Of a DNA stretch of 64,000 nucleotides, positions 1 through 13,720 are shown piece after piece. The notes beneath the pieces were generated by a model. That model was not told the DNA's origin. It did not search any database and was given only the letters and a program-made list of their open reading frames with translations. A program made the position numbers and the translations under genes. The stretch comes from Epiperipatus broadwayi (Eukaryota > Animalia > Onychophora). Position 1 is the first letter of the stretch; each line of letters starts with the position of its first letter. The DNA is taken from positions 9,486,001 through 9,550,000 of the forward strand of contig JAQFVV010000008.1 in NCBI GenBank assembly GCA_028023455.1, read 5' to 3'.

Positions 1-149
1 TTACATTATGTTTCATTGAATGCAAATGCATTTTGTGATTGGTCTCATTTAACATACTGAATAAAAATACAGGAATAATTTTTGATAAATTTATAAGGTA
101 TAAATTAAACAATCTAATTGTCAAAAAACTAGAAAAATAGTTGAAATTA

Positions 150-1810
150 GAAACTGCATATTGGCTATTCTACTTTAGTTCAACAGAATTTAGCTTTCTG
201 AGAATCTTCTGAAACTTTTTATAATCAACACAATGGTAATTTTGGGGGATTTAATTTAGATTGAAAAATTTGTTTCAGATTCAAATAATCATTTAAATAA
301 AAAAGAACATCGATATTGATCCCATTCAATTAGTCAATAAGCGCAACATCAAATAAATTGCAGCCATTGAAATGCAGTAAAATAAGCTAATTATTATTCC
401 ATTTTATTGGACTGTATCAAGTCATAACAAATGTCTTTTGATTGTTCTCCCTTATGTAATATAACAGATGATGACATTATTAAATTTGAAGTTCATTAAC
501 AATCAAAAATTATTCTGAACAATTTGATGTTCAATTTATCTCGCTGTCATGGACAAAGTTATAATAACAGTGTCAGTATGAGAGGAGTATACTAAAGGAT
601 TCAAGTCTATATATTTACATGAAAATGAAAAAGATTTTTATGTACCAAGTAAAAGTGACAATTTAAAATTTATTACCAAGAAATATAGCAAAATCTTCAA
701 TACAAGCCCCCCTCCCCCTTGTCTTTTATAAATATTATCTATCATATTAGACCATATTGATAATTTTACTATATACCATTATTCAAAATAAGATAGGAAT
801 GTCATAAATTACAGAAACAAAGAACTCAGATATGCCATCATCACAGCAAAACAAATTGCAAAAGGATTAGATATAATATCAAATTTCAAAAAAGAGAATT
901 CTTTGATTATAAAAGCCAGGATAAAATACTAACAATTAATGATAAGGACAATTTACATATAAATTATTTATTATAAAGAAGAAACAAACCTTTGATCATG
1001 TGCTTTTACGAATTTACATGAACTTGTCCATGAGCATCCATTTGAAAAGCATAAGTGTATACTTATCTATATATAAATCAACCTTTGCTCACTGTGATGA
1101 AATCAGGGCTTTAATCTATTGTGTGCCTGTGTAATAAATTATTAATTGAATTGTATAATCCTATTCGTTCTATAGCAGGGGATAGGTTAAAAACAAGATT
1201 CTCCCTTCTACTGCAGAATAAATAGGTTTGTATAATTCAATTAATAATTTATAACTCAAGCACATAATAGAATTGAAACTCTGATTGCAGCATGGTAAGC
1301 AAACGTTGGTCTATATATATAAGCTCTATGCACAAGCATATTTAACGCTTTTCAAATCAATGTTCAACTGGAGGTTTGTTCTTCTTTATATTACACACAC
1401 AAGTTTGCACTACATAAATAATAAACTATTTTTTTATAACAATAGGGAATATTTAATCAAATGTCTTGATTTATATATTCATTTTAATGGAGATTTAGAT
1501 AGAGCAGGTATGTTCGAAGAAATCAAAATGTTTCACGTGTTACTATAGATAAAAAAAAATCTTTCTAAAGCTTTTCCAAACTTATTTAATAGCCTTTCAA
1601 ATTACGTTAATAACAATAGTTGCGGAGGCATCAGCTGAAACAAATTTTTCAAAATTAAAATTAATTATAAACTATCTGCAATCAACAAATCAGAAACACT
1701 TCACTTCATTGGCCATTCTTTCAGTAGAAAATCAAGTTGCAACTTCTATGAATTATAACAATATAATTAAAAGCTTTGTATCCAAAAGATAAAGAAAAAA
1801 ATTGTAATTG
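150..1810 (+). pseudogene. Degenerate hAT transposase (Tip100/ZMYM1-like, DUF4371 plus hAT dimerization domain)
   Basis: Broken reading frames give QQNLAF*..HNGNF (~180-250), YYSILLDC (~390), RCHGQSYNNSVSMRGVY (~541-592) and AFPNL..ASAETNFSKLKLIINYLQST..LAILSVENQ (~1570-1740). These match the order of ZMYM1-type hAT motifs. Many stops and frameshifts; termini not found. Confidence 0.7.
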
Positions 1811-2209
1811 TTTCTTGCTCTTTTTGTTGTGAAATATCATATATATATCGTACTTTAAAAGTAAACATTTCAAAATATAAGTAAACTTTTTTTTTAATGA
1901 TATTACAAATGTTTGAATTCTACTCTGCAATAACCATTTTAATACAAATTTGAGATAGTGGAACTCTTAAAAAAATATATTTCAGAAATATTTATTACAA
2001 GTATAATTTACTTTTCAATAATAATATGGCCACATTTGTAATTAACAAATATAAAAAATAAGGTAACAAAGACCTTAAAAAAAGCATGGATTAGAAAATA
2101 CTACTTAAGCAATCAAAATAATTATTTATAGATCTATTGGTTTTTTTTTTATTACTTCAAGCTGGATTTAAAATAATTAAAAAAAAATTATCAATTTTTT
2201 AAGCAAACA

Positions 2210-2228
2210 AGAGAGAGAGAGAGAGAGA
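2210..2228. repeat. (GA)n microsatellite
   Basis: gagagagagagagagaga run. Confidence 0.9.
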
Positions 2229-4617
2229 AAACTAGTTTCACATGGAACTAAACTGGAATTTAATTTTCTATAGTTGCATTAGAAACACATCCACTACATT
2301 CAATAGCACATTTTTTTTAAAAAATAAAATATTTGCTAATAATTGATGATTTAAAAAAAAAAATAGTAATAATTTATTTTAATCTCATTCTAAAATTTTT
2401 TGTAAAAAATTCTTAAGATCATTGACATAGGAGCTGAACTTCTATGTCATAGAATCATATAGCTGTGTTGGAGAATGAATTCAAGTTTAGCCAAAGTTAA
2501 TTAAAATAGAATATATATTAAGTAATAGCTAGTATATTTTGCAAATAAATTCTCATTATTGAAATTAAACTCTCACTATTGGATAAAAAAGATTACAAAG
2601 GAATTCATACAAAAAAAGTATAAAGATTGTATTTTTTAAATTTCATTGGAAAATTGCAGATTCTACTGTTCCTAAAAATAATATATACTTTCCCAAGACT
2701 GTGGTACTCTTTTGCATTATCAGGTTAACGAGCATACTTGTTTCATTGATAGCAAAAATTCAAATTAAAACAGTATGAATCACATTTACAAAATTGTCAA
2801 ATGCATTAGTATTTATTCCTCAAGATAATATTAATATATTTTATATATCTGCTTACATTCATCAATTTATATTTGTCAAGCTGATGGATCTTTTGATGAC
2901 TTTCAGAACAATTTTTTTGCCCTTTGACTAAGTCTAAACACATTACAAAAAAGATTCCATTTTTCACTTGCAAATGTAAACAATGTATATAAAATATTTT
3001 TTAAATGCTTTTATTCAACTCACATTCTCTATATGTTTGTAATTTAAGTAAGAGATGTGAAAGGGCAATATAGATTTTTTTTTGGTTTCAATTGATTTAT
3101 TAAAAATGAGCTTGATTTAAATAATGAACAATTTTTTGGGGGTTCAATTGAAAGCTTAATGATTTATTAGATACATATATAGTAATGTACATACTAAATC
3201 TGATATATGCATATTAGCTTATTGCAGAAACATCAAGTGATATATATAAACTAAGTGTCAAATTGATTTCAAGTACTTTCTGTATTCTTTTAAATGAGCA
3301 AAACATGAAATTTTAAATAGATTTGAACTTAGTTTTGATATATATATATTATAGTAAGTAATACATAATTTAGAATGGAATTATTACTTTATAAAAAGGG
3401 AATTGCAAAATATAGTAAATACTTTTATTTGTTATGCACCAAAAATAATTGTTTCTTCAACCACCCTGAAATAAAAATGTGTGTGTGTGTGTGTGGGGGG
3501 GGGTTCCAGAAATTCCACCCTAAGTGGACCCCTATACTTTTATTTCAAGTTCAATTTAAAAATCCCAATTGTAGTTGAAAAAATATTTTTTTTAGTGCAT
3601 GACAAAAGCATTTACGATAAATTATTTTTAACCTGTATTAAGAAATATTTTTACTTAATTTGATGACTAATACACTAAAAAATAAAATTTATTCTTGGAA
3701 CACAATTTTGGTTATTATATATAACTTTGAATAAAAGTTTGAGTCATCCATAAATTAATTAAAAGATGTCTTATGCTTTTATCTAGCTATATAACAACTG
3801 AAATTGTGGTCTAATATATATATATTTTGCTTTTTAATATATCATTCCTTAATTTAAATAAAAGCATTTTAAAAAAACAACAATTATATATATATTTTTA
3901 ATTTTTGGATAGTTTGTTTCAAAAATATGTATACAAATTTTAAAGAAAATCCATTTAATAAAAGTAAGTTAAAAATCATTTGCAAACTTTGCCCCAAACA
4001 GTCTGAAAGGAAAAGTTAAATAAATTATATCTATTATATGTGGTTTACAAGATTTTTATTTAATGGCAGAGGTTTAAAAATACATGTTTTATATAAACAA
4101 TCCAAAGGAAAATTAAGATTTCATTTTTCCTTTTTATTATAATTGTAAGTTTCTTACTCAAATTAAACAGAAACATTTTCTTGAAAAATGTAATGACATC
4201 TATTGCATATGACTAAAACTTTAACAAACTCATTTGAATTTGAATTGTGACTTGCCAATTCTGTTAGACTGGATAATCCTGAAAGATTATATTGCTATAT
4301 TGCATTGCCAATGAATCCAAACACAAGTACAAATTTGAAAAATCCATTAGGCAGAAATAGGTTAAAAATTGTTACAAGATTTGATCCAAATAAACTAGTC
4401 TTAAGTTAAATAAAAACATTTGAAAAGATAGCAACATTTAATAATTTAAAAAGTAATTTGTTCATTTTTTAAAAAGCAAATATTTGATACAAAAAATATC
4501 ACCAAATGGAGTTCCTTTATATTACAAGTATTAATTAAATCAATACTAACATTAACATTTTATTTTTAAAAATGTTATCTTGATTTACAAATGTACAGTT
4601 GAGAACATATTTTAATT

Positions 4618-5216
4618 GGTAGTTGTGAGTTTTCAAGTAAACCAAGATGGCAGCCTGTATTTTTGATAAATCTAGTTTTGGGGCCCTCAAAAAATGTTTA
4701 CAAAAATGCCTGCTAGGAAAGATCATATTTAATAATTACATTTTATTTTTTATTAGTTATTTTTTAAAAATGAAATCATTGTAAAAAAATTAATTAATGT
4801 TTATAGTTTTTCTTTTTTTGGATTAACTTATTAACAGAAAAATGAAAAAATATATAAATTCAATACTTATCATTTATTCATGTTGGAAGTGTGTAATCAT
4901 ATGATGGGGAGGGGGTATTCCATATCTTTGGAATTATCCACTGCATCATGTTCCCAAATTTTATCATTATGAAAATTTACAAAAAAAAACAACATACTGA
5001 ATTGAACCAAAGTACTACAATGTTAAGAGCATCTTGTCACTTCCATGTCATAAGTAAAAAAAATGATATAAATTTTTTTTAATGAAATTTAACAATCGAT
5101 TTATTAATTTTGTTTTAATTTAACTACTAACACACTTTTGGTATAGGCTCTTGAAACTGTACATTTATCAAAAATACAGGGTGCCATCTTGGTTTATTTG
5201 AAAACTCACAAGTACC
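4618..5216. mobile_element. Non-autonomous DNA transposon (MITE) with GGTA-starting TIRs, Merlin-like
   Basis: 54-bp TIRs at 4618-4671 (ggtagttgtgagttttcaagtaaaccaagatggcagcctg...) and 5163-5216, 3 mismatches. Flanks ttttaatt / ttttattt (7/8) fit an 8-bp TSD. No coding content. Confidence 0.65.
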
Positions 5217-5319
5217 TTTTATTTTTACAATTTAATGTAAATTAGATAATTTGATTGTTATAAACTGATTATAATTGAGTATTAAGAAAAGATAAATTAA
5301 TATTCAAAACTTTTACATT

Positions 5320-5364
5320 GCACTAAGCATGCATTCATCAAAAGCAAACCAGTCAGAATCAGTG
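5320..5364 (-). ncRNA. Decayed minimal type I hammerhead ribozyme motif (inverted partner of 7500-7543)
   Basis: Minus strand reads CACT GATTCT GACTGGTTTGCTTTTGAT GAAT GCATGC TT AGTGC. Stem I (CACT/AGTG), palindromic stem III (GCATGC) and the UH site are kept. The core has a 2-nt deletion and stem II is damaged. Confidence 0.45.
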
Positions 5365-5412
5365 GTTTTGTTTGCAGTTGAAAATTATGCCTATATATGT
5401 GGACATAATTTA

Positions 5413-6633
5413 CACTCAGGTCTCATTTTATGCAAATTTATTTAATGCAATTTTGAAGTTATGCGATAAAAATTATTAATCAAAAGTTGAGCTTTGATAA
5501 TGCGCTATTACTTTAAATATTATAAATTTTGTGCACTCACTTCATATTTAAAGTAATAGCGCATTATCGGAGTTTGACTTCCATCTAATAATTTCAATAT
5601 TTTCAGCGCTTTACACTAGTATTGTAATAGATTTTATGCAATAAAGTTCACACTTCACTTAAAATCAGGATTTCCCCATTTTATATACACACATTAAATT
5701 TTACAAGACTATAATGTAAATCTGTTGAAACACTATAGATGAAAAATACTATGTATGTTGTTGTTTTTGCATTTTAAATCACATTTTATTTTTGCTTTTT
5801 ATAAAGAGTATGTAATCAATTAAGCATTTTGTGTCCACAAGTTTATTTTTAAAAGGTGAGTGACAACGGTGGGCACAATTTAAATCTGATTTTTAATTGT
5901 AATTAACAATTTAAAAATTACGTAACGTGATCTGAAATTAAGGTGATGTGAAACAATGAAATTTGATTTTTAAACGGAATTAAAAAATTAAGGACAAAAT
6001 AAGAATTTAATTTTTAATTGTTAATTTTAATTAAATTTTGCCCAACAGTGGTGAGTCAGTGTCTTTTTATTATCGCAAGTCTAAGTTCTTATTTTTATTT
6101 TAAACTTTTAGTTTACTCTAATGGAGAGAAAAAAAACACCCAAGAAAATGAATTTCTTTGTAAACAAAAATTTCAATTTTAGATCACTTAGCGAAATGGG
6201 AAGGATCAACAGCGATTGGAAAACATTTTAGTTGTATTTCCTCTTGACTTCATTTAAGAAGCTATAGTACCTCACATCACATCATGACAAATCTGATGTC
6301 TCAAATAGCGATGATTAAAATACCATACATGTATGAAAAAAATGTAAATTATGCAAGCAAATATATTGTTTTGAATAAAATTAAATACTGTAGTTAATAA
6401 AAAAGTAAAAAAAGTTTGTGTTGTATCAATTTTTTTCAAATTTGAAATTTTTTATTAATCATATTTTATTTTATTTTTATGCAAAATTTGAAGTAATTTT
6501 ACATTGTTGCTTTTCTTTTATGCGATTTTTGGAAAATTACAGTACATATCCCCCATTTTTCAAGGTAAGTTAAATCTATTTTTGTGCGCATTTTCAGAAG
6601 AACCAATCTACCACATAAAATGAGACCCAGGTG
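5413..6633. mobile_element. Non-autonomous Tc1/mariner-type element (TA TSD, 21-bp TIR)
   Basis: TA|cactcaggtctcattttatgc ... acataaaatgagacccaggtg|TA (17/21). Internal 25-bp palindrome at 5496-5568. Reverse-complement copy at 52605-54051. Confidence 0.85.
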
Positions 6634-7122
6634 TATTATATAAATCATTTTTTTCGATAATGGAACACAAATCTTTTCTGTTGATTGCATTTGAATCCTT
6701 TGCAATCGCCTATACCTTTTTCTATTATCTCTTTTGGCACAAATCATCTTCACATTAATAGAATTGAAATATAACCCGTAGTGAACTCGTGATCAAGGAA
6801 GATCAAATTATATTCGTTATTTTTTGTTCAGTCGTATAAATGTGTGATGGGCAATCCTGGTGAATCTATTAACCTGTGACTCACCATAATACACAGCATT
6901 ACAAAATGGGGCACTACATGTAATTTTGTAAACTACTTGAGAAATATGTTCAGATAGTATTTTGTCTTTTGAATTATTTAACAAATTATTTAGTGATGGA
7001 GGTGATCTAAAGCCAACCCTGTAAGTATCAGCACATATATTCCTTAATTTTTTTTTTTTTGCCATTTTATGGATGAATAAAAGGCTTATCCATGCCCTTG
7101 GTATGTTATTTGTAATTTTATT

Positions 7123-7580
7123 TTTCAAGTAGTTTACAAAATTACATGCAATGCCCCATTTTGTAACTGTATATTATGGAGAATTGAAAGTGAATAGATC
7201 TGAGGATAACCAGGGCATATACTTATACATCAGAGCAAAACAAAATAAGGAATAGAATTCAATCTTCCTTGATCAAGAGTTTGCTACATCATATTTTCAA
7301 TCCTACAATGTGAGGATGGTTTGTGCCAAAAGAGATAGAAAACAGAAATACAAAGAGGCATGAGAGATTGTAAGGATTCAAATGCAATCAACAGAAAAGA
7401 TTCATGCATTCCATTGTTGAAAAAATTGAATATTTAAGTCTCATTTACATAATATATTACAACCATATAGAGGCATAATTTTCATCTGTTAAACAAACAG
7501 CACTATGATTCTGGCAATGGTCTGCCAAAAGTATGCTTAGTGTAATATAAAAGTTTTGAATATTAACTATTATCTTTTTT
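7123..7580 (+). mobile_element. Penelope-like element 3' part, right arm of the inverted pair
   Basis: Starts at caagtagtttacaaaattacatgcaatgccccattttgtaac (VVYKITCNAPFCN). Diverged inverted copy of the left arm; ends in a pLTR with a hammerhead motif. Confidence 0.7.
7500..7543 (+). ncRNA. Minimal type I hammerhead ribozyme motif, A3-U8 variant core (decayed)
   Basis: GCACT ATGATTC T GGCA-ATGGTC-TGCC AAAA GTATGC T T AGTGT. Stem I GCACT/AGTGT, stem II GGCA/TGCC, near-palindromic stem III, CUU site. Located just downstream of the GIY-YIG region, where PLE hammerheads sit. Confidence 0.6.
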
Positions 7581-8639
7581 TAATACTCAATTATGAGTTT
7601 ACAATAAAGAAGAGAGATTCAAATATCGTTTAGAATTATATAATTTGATAAATGCATCTATTTAAAAATGAAATTTTTCTATAAGGATTTTTTATTTATG
7701 CTTACACATAAACAAAAATAGCGACCATAAATTTACATAGGAACAGTAAACTAAAAGCATCAATTACAATGCAACAAATTAAATAACTTTCAATAAATAA
7801 TCAAAAAGCATAGATGTAAGTTCACAAAACATTAAAAACAGCATTATTTGGTATTTACTTGCAAAACAATGTAATGAAAAATTGTATTACTATCTTCCAT
7901 TAAAACTCCTTGTAAATATTTTTATATCTTTAATAAAATTAAAATATTCCAAAATTGGTGTGAACTAATAAACAGTTGATAATAAACCAACAAGATTTCT
8001 TTGCTTTTCCATTTAGAAATATCAATATAATTCCAAACAAATGTTTTTGTATCATTTCAAAGGCTATCTACCTTAAAGTTTACAACTTCAATTTAAATGA
8101 ATACTTGGATCTGCACAATGAAGTCTGGTAGAAGATTTATAAAGCAAATAAACACTTCAATAACTCAGACATCTTTGTCAGATATTTAGTTTATTTACCT
8201 TTTCTAACTCTAGCAATGACAATATTGTATACATTTTAAAAATAAAAGCCATACAAGTAGAATTTGAAAGCTAATCAATATTGAATAAAAAAATGTTTTC
8301 AAAGTCAAATATGTAAATATAATGGAAATCTAAATGCTAAATACAATCATTAAATCAATGAATGTGGCTAATATAGCAATGTCATGCATCAGACTTTTTG
8401 CAAATTTTATGAGTCCATTTGCATTTAGTTTTTCTTCTGCTATTTATTCATTGTTATTATTTGTTGTTTTTTAAAATCCTTTTCACATATGTAGAAAAAC
8501 TATTAACCAACAGCCATAAAAAAAGAATCAAATATTAATTAGTATTGAAGTAAAAAGAGATAACTTCTAAAAAAAAAAGCTGTAAAATGGCTGACATTTA
8601 ACTTGTGAACACAGTATGTTTAAATCAATGATCTACATC

Positions 8640-9000
8640 ATTTAAAAAAAAATAAATGCAAATTATAAATGCGCAAATAGCAAGAGATTTTGAGAAGTTT
8701 ATGTTATAGCATCATGGAACAAATAGAAATAATTTTGCTAATATGATAAATCCAAAACAAATAGTAGGTAATAATTTCAATGAGGCAATCATTTATGAAA
8801 AGGCCAAACAATTGAGGAATTTTTTGCTAACAGTTCATGAGAAAGAGACTATTAATAGCAAAGTAATATTAATCTGATCAGCAAAAAATCCAGATTACAT
8901 AGTATTTTAAGTAAGGTTATTGAAGATCTGTTGATAGAACTGTTGCTTAACGTTATCTCACAAGAAAGCTAAAGTTCTGAAATCAAGATCTGTAAAATTT
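8640..9000 (+). mobile_element. Highly degenerate LINE (CR1/L2-like) ORF2 remnant
   Basis: EKAKQLRNFLLTVHEKE resembles the EKAxxLNxFFxSVF motif; only fragments are readable. Confidence 0.3.
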
Positions 9001-9910
9001 TATTAGGATATGTAGGTTTGTTTACATTTTAAATTAATGCTTTCAAAAATTGAATTTTAGTTTTTGTTAATATCAAATTATATAGTAAAGCACAACAATT
9101 TTATATGTATTTCTACATTTTTGTTTTGATATTTTCTATCTAAATAGTTTTGAATAGTTACTTTGGTCTAACTTTTTAGCTTAGGATGGATTACTAATAA
9201 ATGCATTTTCATCTATAAATAAATACTTTTCTTATTAAATGCAGTTTCTTATGATAAGCAGTTGAACAAGCAAACTTTCTCACCAGTCATTAGTATAGAA
9301 AACTAACAAAAAAAAATTAGTATTTTAAAAAGATATTGAAATATATTAATATGCCAAAAAAAAAAAAAAAATCAATTTCTAGATGCCTTTTTTCAGGTAC
9401 TCAAGTAAAAAGACAGTAATAAAAATGAAATTAATGTATTAACTGATACTGATTAAACAATGTCCCATATGAAATTACAATATCAAAGCCACTGTATTTA
9501 ACAATGCACATAATAAAAAAAACAAGCATAGAAAATCAATTCCATTTAAAAGAAAGTTTACATATACTGTATATTGTACTTATCATTTGATTTCATTACC
9601 ATTAACATTTTGGTGAGTATTACAACAAATGCTAATGATGATCAAATAATTTTTTGTTTAGTTTCAATCTCTTTGCTTATTTGAGCATTCTGTATTTATT
9701 ATTCATACTTTTTGTAATTCCAGTTGTATGGATATACACATTGAGCTGATAAAACATTTATAGAAGTTAATGCATTTGTGTATATCATTTATACGCATTT
9801 ATATAGAGCACATTACTTATAAAAAATAGGAAAACTTTTTTAAGTAATTGTAATCACAAAAAAAAAAATCATTATCTAAAAAAGGCAAATGTTGATTGAA
9901 AAATCTACCA

Positions 9911-10757
9911 AAGCGTTTCTCTACATTTTTTTTTTTGTTGGACTGGTAAATGACCTAGAAAAATTTCGTGGACCGGCAAGTTCACAAAATAAGATGTTTC
10001 GCAAAAGTTTTTTTTGTACTGATTACAAACAAAAAAAAAAAAAAATCAAATAAAATAAATACATAAAAAATTAACAAAGAACTAACAAAACAAATAACAC
10101 ATTAATATGAAATAAAATATCGCACAAAAGTAACCATGTCTGATTTTGTATTGATTACAAATAAATTGTCAAAAGATGACATTGAAATATATATAATATT
10201 AACAAATAAATGATGATTTACAAAAAAATTAATCATTAATTGATATTTAATTTTCAAAGTGAAATTTGCTCCTGCCTTTCACTTACAAATTCTTCGATCT
10301 GTGGCTGCATGGTTGTTTTAGAAAGAGGAAGTGCAGTATCAGAATCCAAGCGATTTCCGTATTTTATTTTTATAAACGTTAATGATGAAAATGTCTTTTC
10401 GCATAAATAGGTTGTGGAAAAACTTAGCAGTAATTTTAAAGCTTTCTTGCTAAACTCGGATATTCATTATCCACAGATATACAAAATTTGATCAAAATAA
10501 TTTTCTTAAATTTGGATTCCAGATTAATATCGAAAAATAGTTCAAAAAGAGCTTTTTCGTGAAGATTAAGACTTGTTTGAGTCACATTTTTAAAAATAGA
10601 TTTGATATCCAACATTTTTAATTTCCTGGAATCTTCATTTTCTGGATGTTTGTCAACAAGTTTTTTATATCTTGACGATTCATATTCATACAAATTTGAT
10701 TAACATGATTCGATTTATTTTGCATGAATACAGTGGAACGACAGATGGGAAACGCCG
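9911..10757 (-). mobile_element. Internally deleted hAT element (Charlie/ZBED5-SCAND3-like) with transposase C-terminus
   Basis: Minus-strand frames give NEYPSLARK..LSFSTTYLCEKTFSSLTFIKIKYGNRLD...QEQISL* (hAT dimerization domain). Ends aagcgtttctc / gggaaacgccg resemble a CAGCGTTTCCC TIR. Flanks taccaaag / ttccaaag (7/8). Confidence 0.75.
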
Positions 10758-10919
10758 TTCCAAAGCAAACAAATATATAAATACACACGACTTTTATGTG
10801 TGATGTATTAAGAGTAATATTAAATATATATATTACTCACACGGATGAATTAAAAACGAAATTATATTTCAAATATCCTGATAGTTATTAGAAGATAATT
10901 ATTTTCATTTAAAAAAAAG

Positions 10920-11330
10920 TTTGGGAAGAACAAACTCCATTGCCGTAGATGAAATCCCACTCCTCACCACCAAACTCAATGATGTTAATTCCCATGATGA
11001 TATTGGTGTAATAAAAATCTCCTTCATGACAAAATGAATGGTTTTATTAAAAATATAGTTACCTTAGCTTCCATTATTAGAGTTTGCTCTCTCTTCTAAT
11101 CATGATTCTTTCAAAGCCAGGAGATATATTTGTAGTTAACTTTGTGCCTTAATATTGATTGGGAATTTTATTCCACATATTCAGACAAATTATTTCCTTT
11201 CATTTTATGTGCATTGAAGAATTTTTTGCATATGAACAATCCATTCTATCACCACATCAATTTGTAATTTCATGAAACATTTTCGTAGAAATTTCAATAA
11301 AAGCTAAATTTGTACTGCATCTTTTTTTTA
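10920..11330 (+). mobile_element. Degenerate CR1/L2-like LINE RT C-terminal remnant
   Basis: LNDVNSHDDIGVI resembles the ..KDLGV.. motif; downstream frames are broken. Confidence 0.3.
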
Positions 11331-11929
11331 AAAATCTTAATATTGTAATGAAATTATTTCATTAAAAATAATTTATATTCAAAATATTTATACATTTACA
11401 ATAAGTACACTTATTATTATATTATTAGACTCGTATAACCTACCATAAATATTACAATTTAAAGTTTTTAAAATATCATCTAAAAGCATTATATTCATTT
11501 TTTTTTCTAATTTGTTTATAAATAAGCATATTCATGTGTTTATATATAAATGTTATTTCATCTCACTTAAGTAATTCAAAGCCTGAAATACTTTGCATTA
11601 AATGAGTTTTGTTTGTGAAACATTTTTTTCTTTTGATAAATAATTCATGTTTTCATATTATTTTATAAGGAAACAAATCCAGCTTCAATTTATCTGATAA
11701 TTTCCTATTAATAATAATAGTTAAGTTTAATATTATTGGCTCTCTAATACAAAAAAAATATCACAATTTATCATATTCAACAATCATGACATCACATATA
11801 CACTTGTCATCATCATCCAAAATATTATATGCATTTTTCATCAATTTCAAAATTATTACACAATATTATAAAATAATAAAAAACATGTATTTAATACATT
11901 TTTAAAAATAATTAATGTTTTTTTTTTGT

Positions 11930-12720
11930 AAGTGAATAATATAAAGTGACTAGAATTTTTATTTGTAAACAAAAAAAATCAACCAAAAAAAAAAAAAAAA
12001 TCAAAATATTAGAAATGTAACTTATATGTGAGCAATAGATCAGAAAAATGTTTTATTCATTGCACTATAACATTTCAATTCTATATATTTTTTATTCATA
12101 TATTTTCCAAATTATATTTATTTTTTATCACTGTAAAAAAAAAAGTTTACATGCTGAACCTGTAATTTAGAATTTTGTCAATTATAAAAAATAAATAAGA
12201 CAAAACATGGTGGAATAAATAAATAAATTCTATAGTGAAACATTTTGTAATTTTTATTTATAAAATATGGGGAAAAAATTGCTAATTACACGAACAGTTA
12301 CAATTTATATTATTTACTTGCAAAAAAAAAAAAAAATTATTAATTACAAAAAAAAAATAATTTATTAAATATAAAAATGTTACTTTTACATAATTAAATT
12401 ATTTTTTGACGAATAATGTAAATTAAAAATATTTTTTTTTTGTATTTAATGAGTAAACATTACAAAATGTTCAACTTTGAAATTTATTTCTTCTTCCATA
12501 CTTGATCTTTATTTTTTATAATTGATCCAAATTTGAAATTGTACATTGTGAGTGCATACATTTTTTTGTACTGTGATAAAAAGTAAATATGATAATTTTG
12601 AAAATGTGTGAAGAAAACGAATGTAGGAAATTGAAATGTTATGAAGCAACAAATAATTTTACTTCTAATTATTCTTTATTTTTTTTGCAAATAAAAAAAT
12701 TACTTATTAAATATTTTATT
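11930..12720. repeat. Large degenerate AT-rich palindrome (foldback), centre about 12352
   Basis: Perfect inverted blocks 12067-12080/12629-12642 (14 bp) and 12178-12195/12508-12525 (18 bp) share the same centre; weaker blocks extend outward. Confidence 0.6.
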
Positions 12721-13720
12721 TGAAAATATATAATTCTAAAAAATTAAAAGATTTTTCTTGCATAAATTGTAATATTTATGTTCATGTTATAAGCATGAAA
12801 TAAAAAATGGTATAATCGTATTAAATATATTATTCACTGAACATGCTTTCAACTATCAGTCAGATTTAGTGTTTAATTGTTGCACAATTTGTAACAATTA
12901 AAAATCTATTGTGCTTATGTAAATTAGATATTTACATATTCAATTTTTTTGATAATGGAACACTCAATTCTTTAATTGCAAAAGGCTCTCTCTCTCGCAA
13001 TAGCCAGTGCTTCTATAAATCTACATTTCCTGTCATCTGTGAACATAAATATTACATAATTTTGAAATGTGAGAAAGAACATATGAACATTTTAACATGT
13101 GTGATGACATGTTGGCACAATTATTTTATAAGGAAATAATCCAATTTTGCTTCAAATTGTGATAATTTCATATTAAGCTAAATGTAAAATTTAATATTAC
13201 TTATCTAATCTTAAAAATCTTGGTTAATAACTGTATTTTGTAACATTCAATTAAAGTATGATAAACAATCTAGTTTGCAGACTAAATTAAAATCCTCTAT
13301 AAAAAATGAAAAGTTAATTAATTTTTAAATTCACATAATTTATAATTAATAAAAAAAATTCTTACATTATAATTACTAAAAAAATTAAATTCTATAACAA
13401 ATTTTAATTACATATTTCCAATCAAGAAAAATTTTTTATGTAAAAAAAAGATTATTTGATATATTGCAAATTTGTTTGAAAATGAAAAGGGTACAAATAA
13501 TAATGTAATATAGAATAAATATTTACTTATATAGTTAAATTTATAATTGCAATAAGATTTAAAGTCATTACAATTATTACTAATAAAGTGTTTTGATTAG
13601 TATAAACATTATGTATTATAGCAGAAGGAAAAATATAATAAATTATAAAAATGTTAACAATTATTAAATATTAATCAGAGAATAAATAGGTTCATTCATT
13701 ATACAATGATAAATCTTTTT

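Larger units (their letters stand above)
5285..7128 (-). mobile_element. Penelope-like element 3' part (GIY-YIG endonuclease plus 3' pLTR), left arm of an inverted pair, interrupted by the MITE at 5413-6633
   Basis: ORF 6817-7128 contains VVYKITCSAPFCNAVYYGESQVNRFTRIAHH (GIY-YIG motif). Segments 6640-6955 and 5285-5410 are the reverse complement of 7123-7580. Confidence 0.75.

Noticed and set aside
2410-2465. Minus-strand ATGATTCT followed by an 8-bp stem
   Set aside because: No GAAA, the 15.1-16.1 pair is inverted and there is no stem I.
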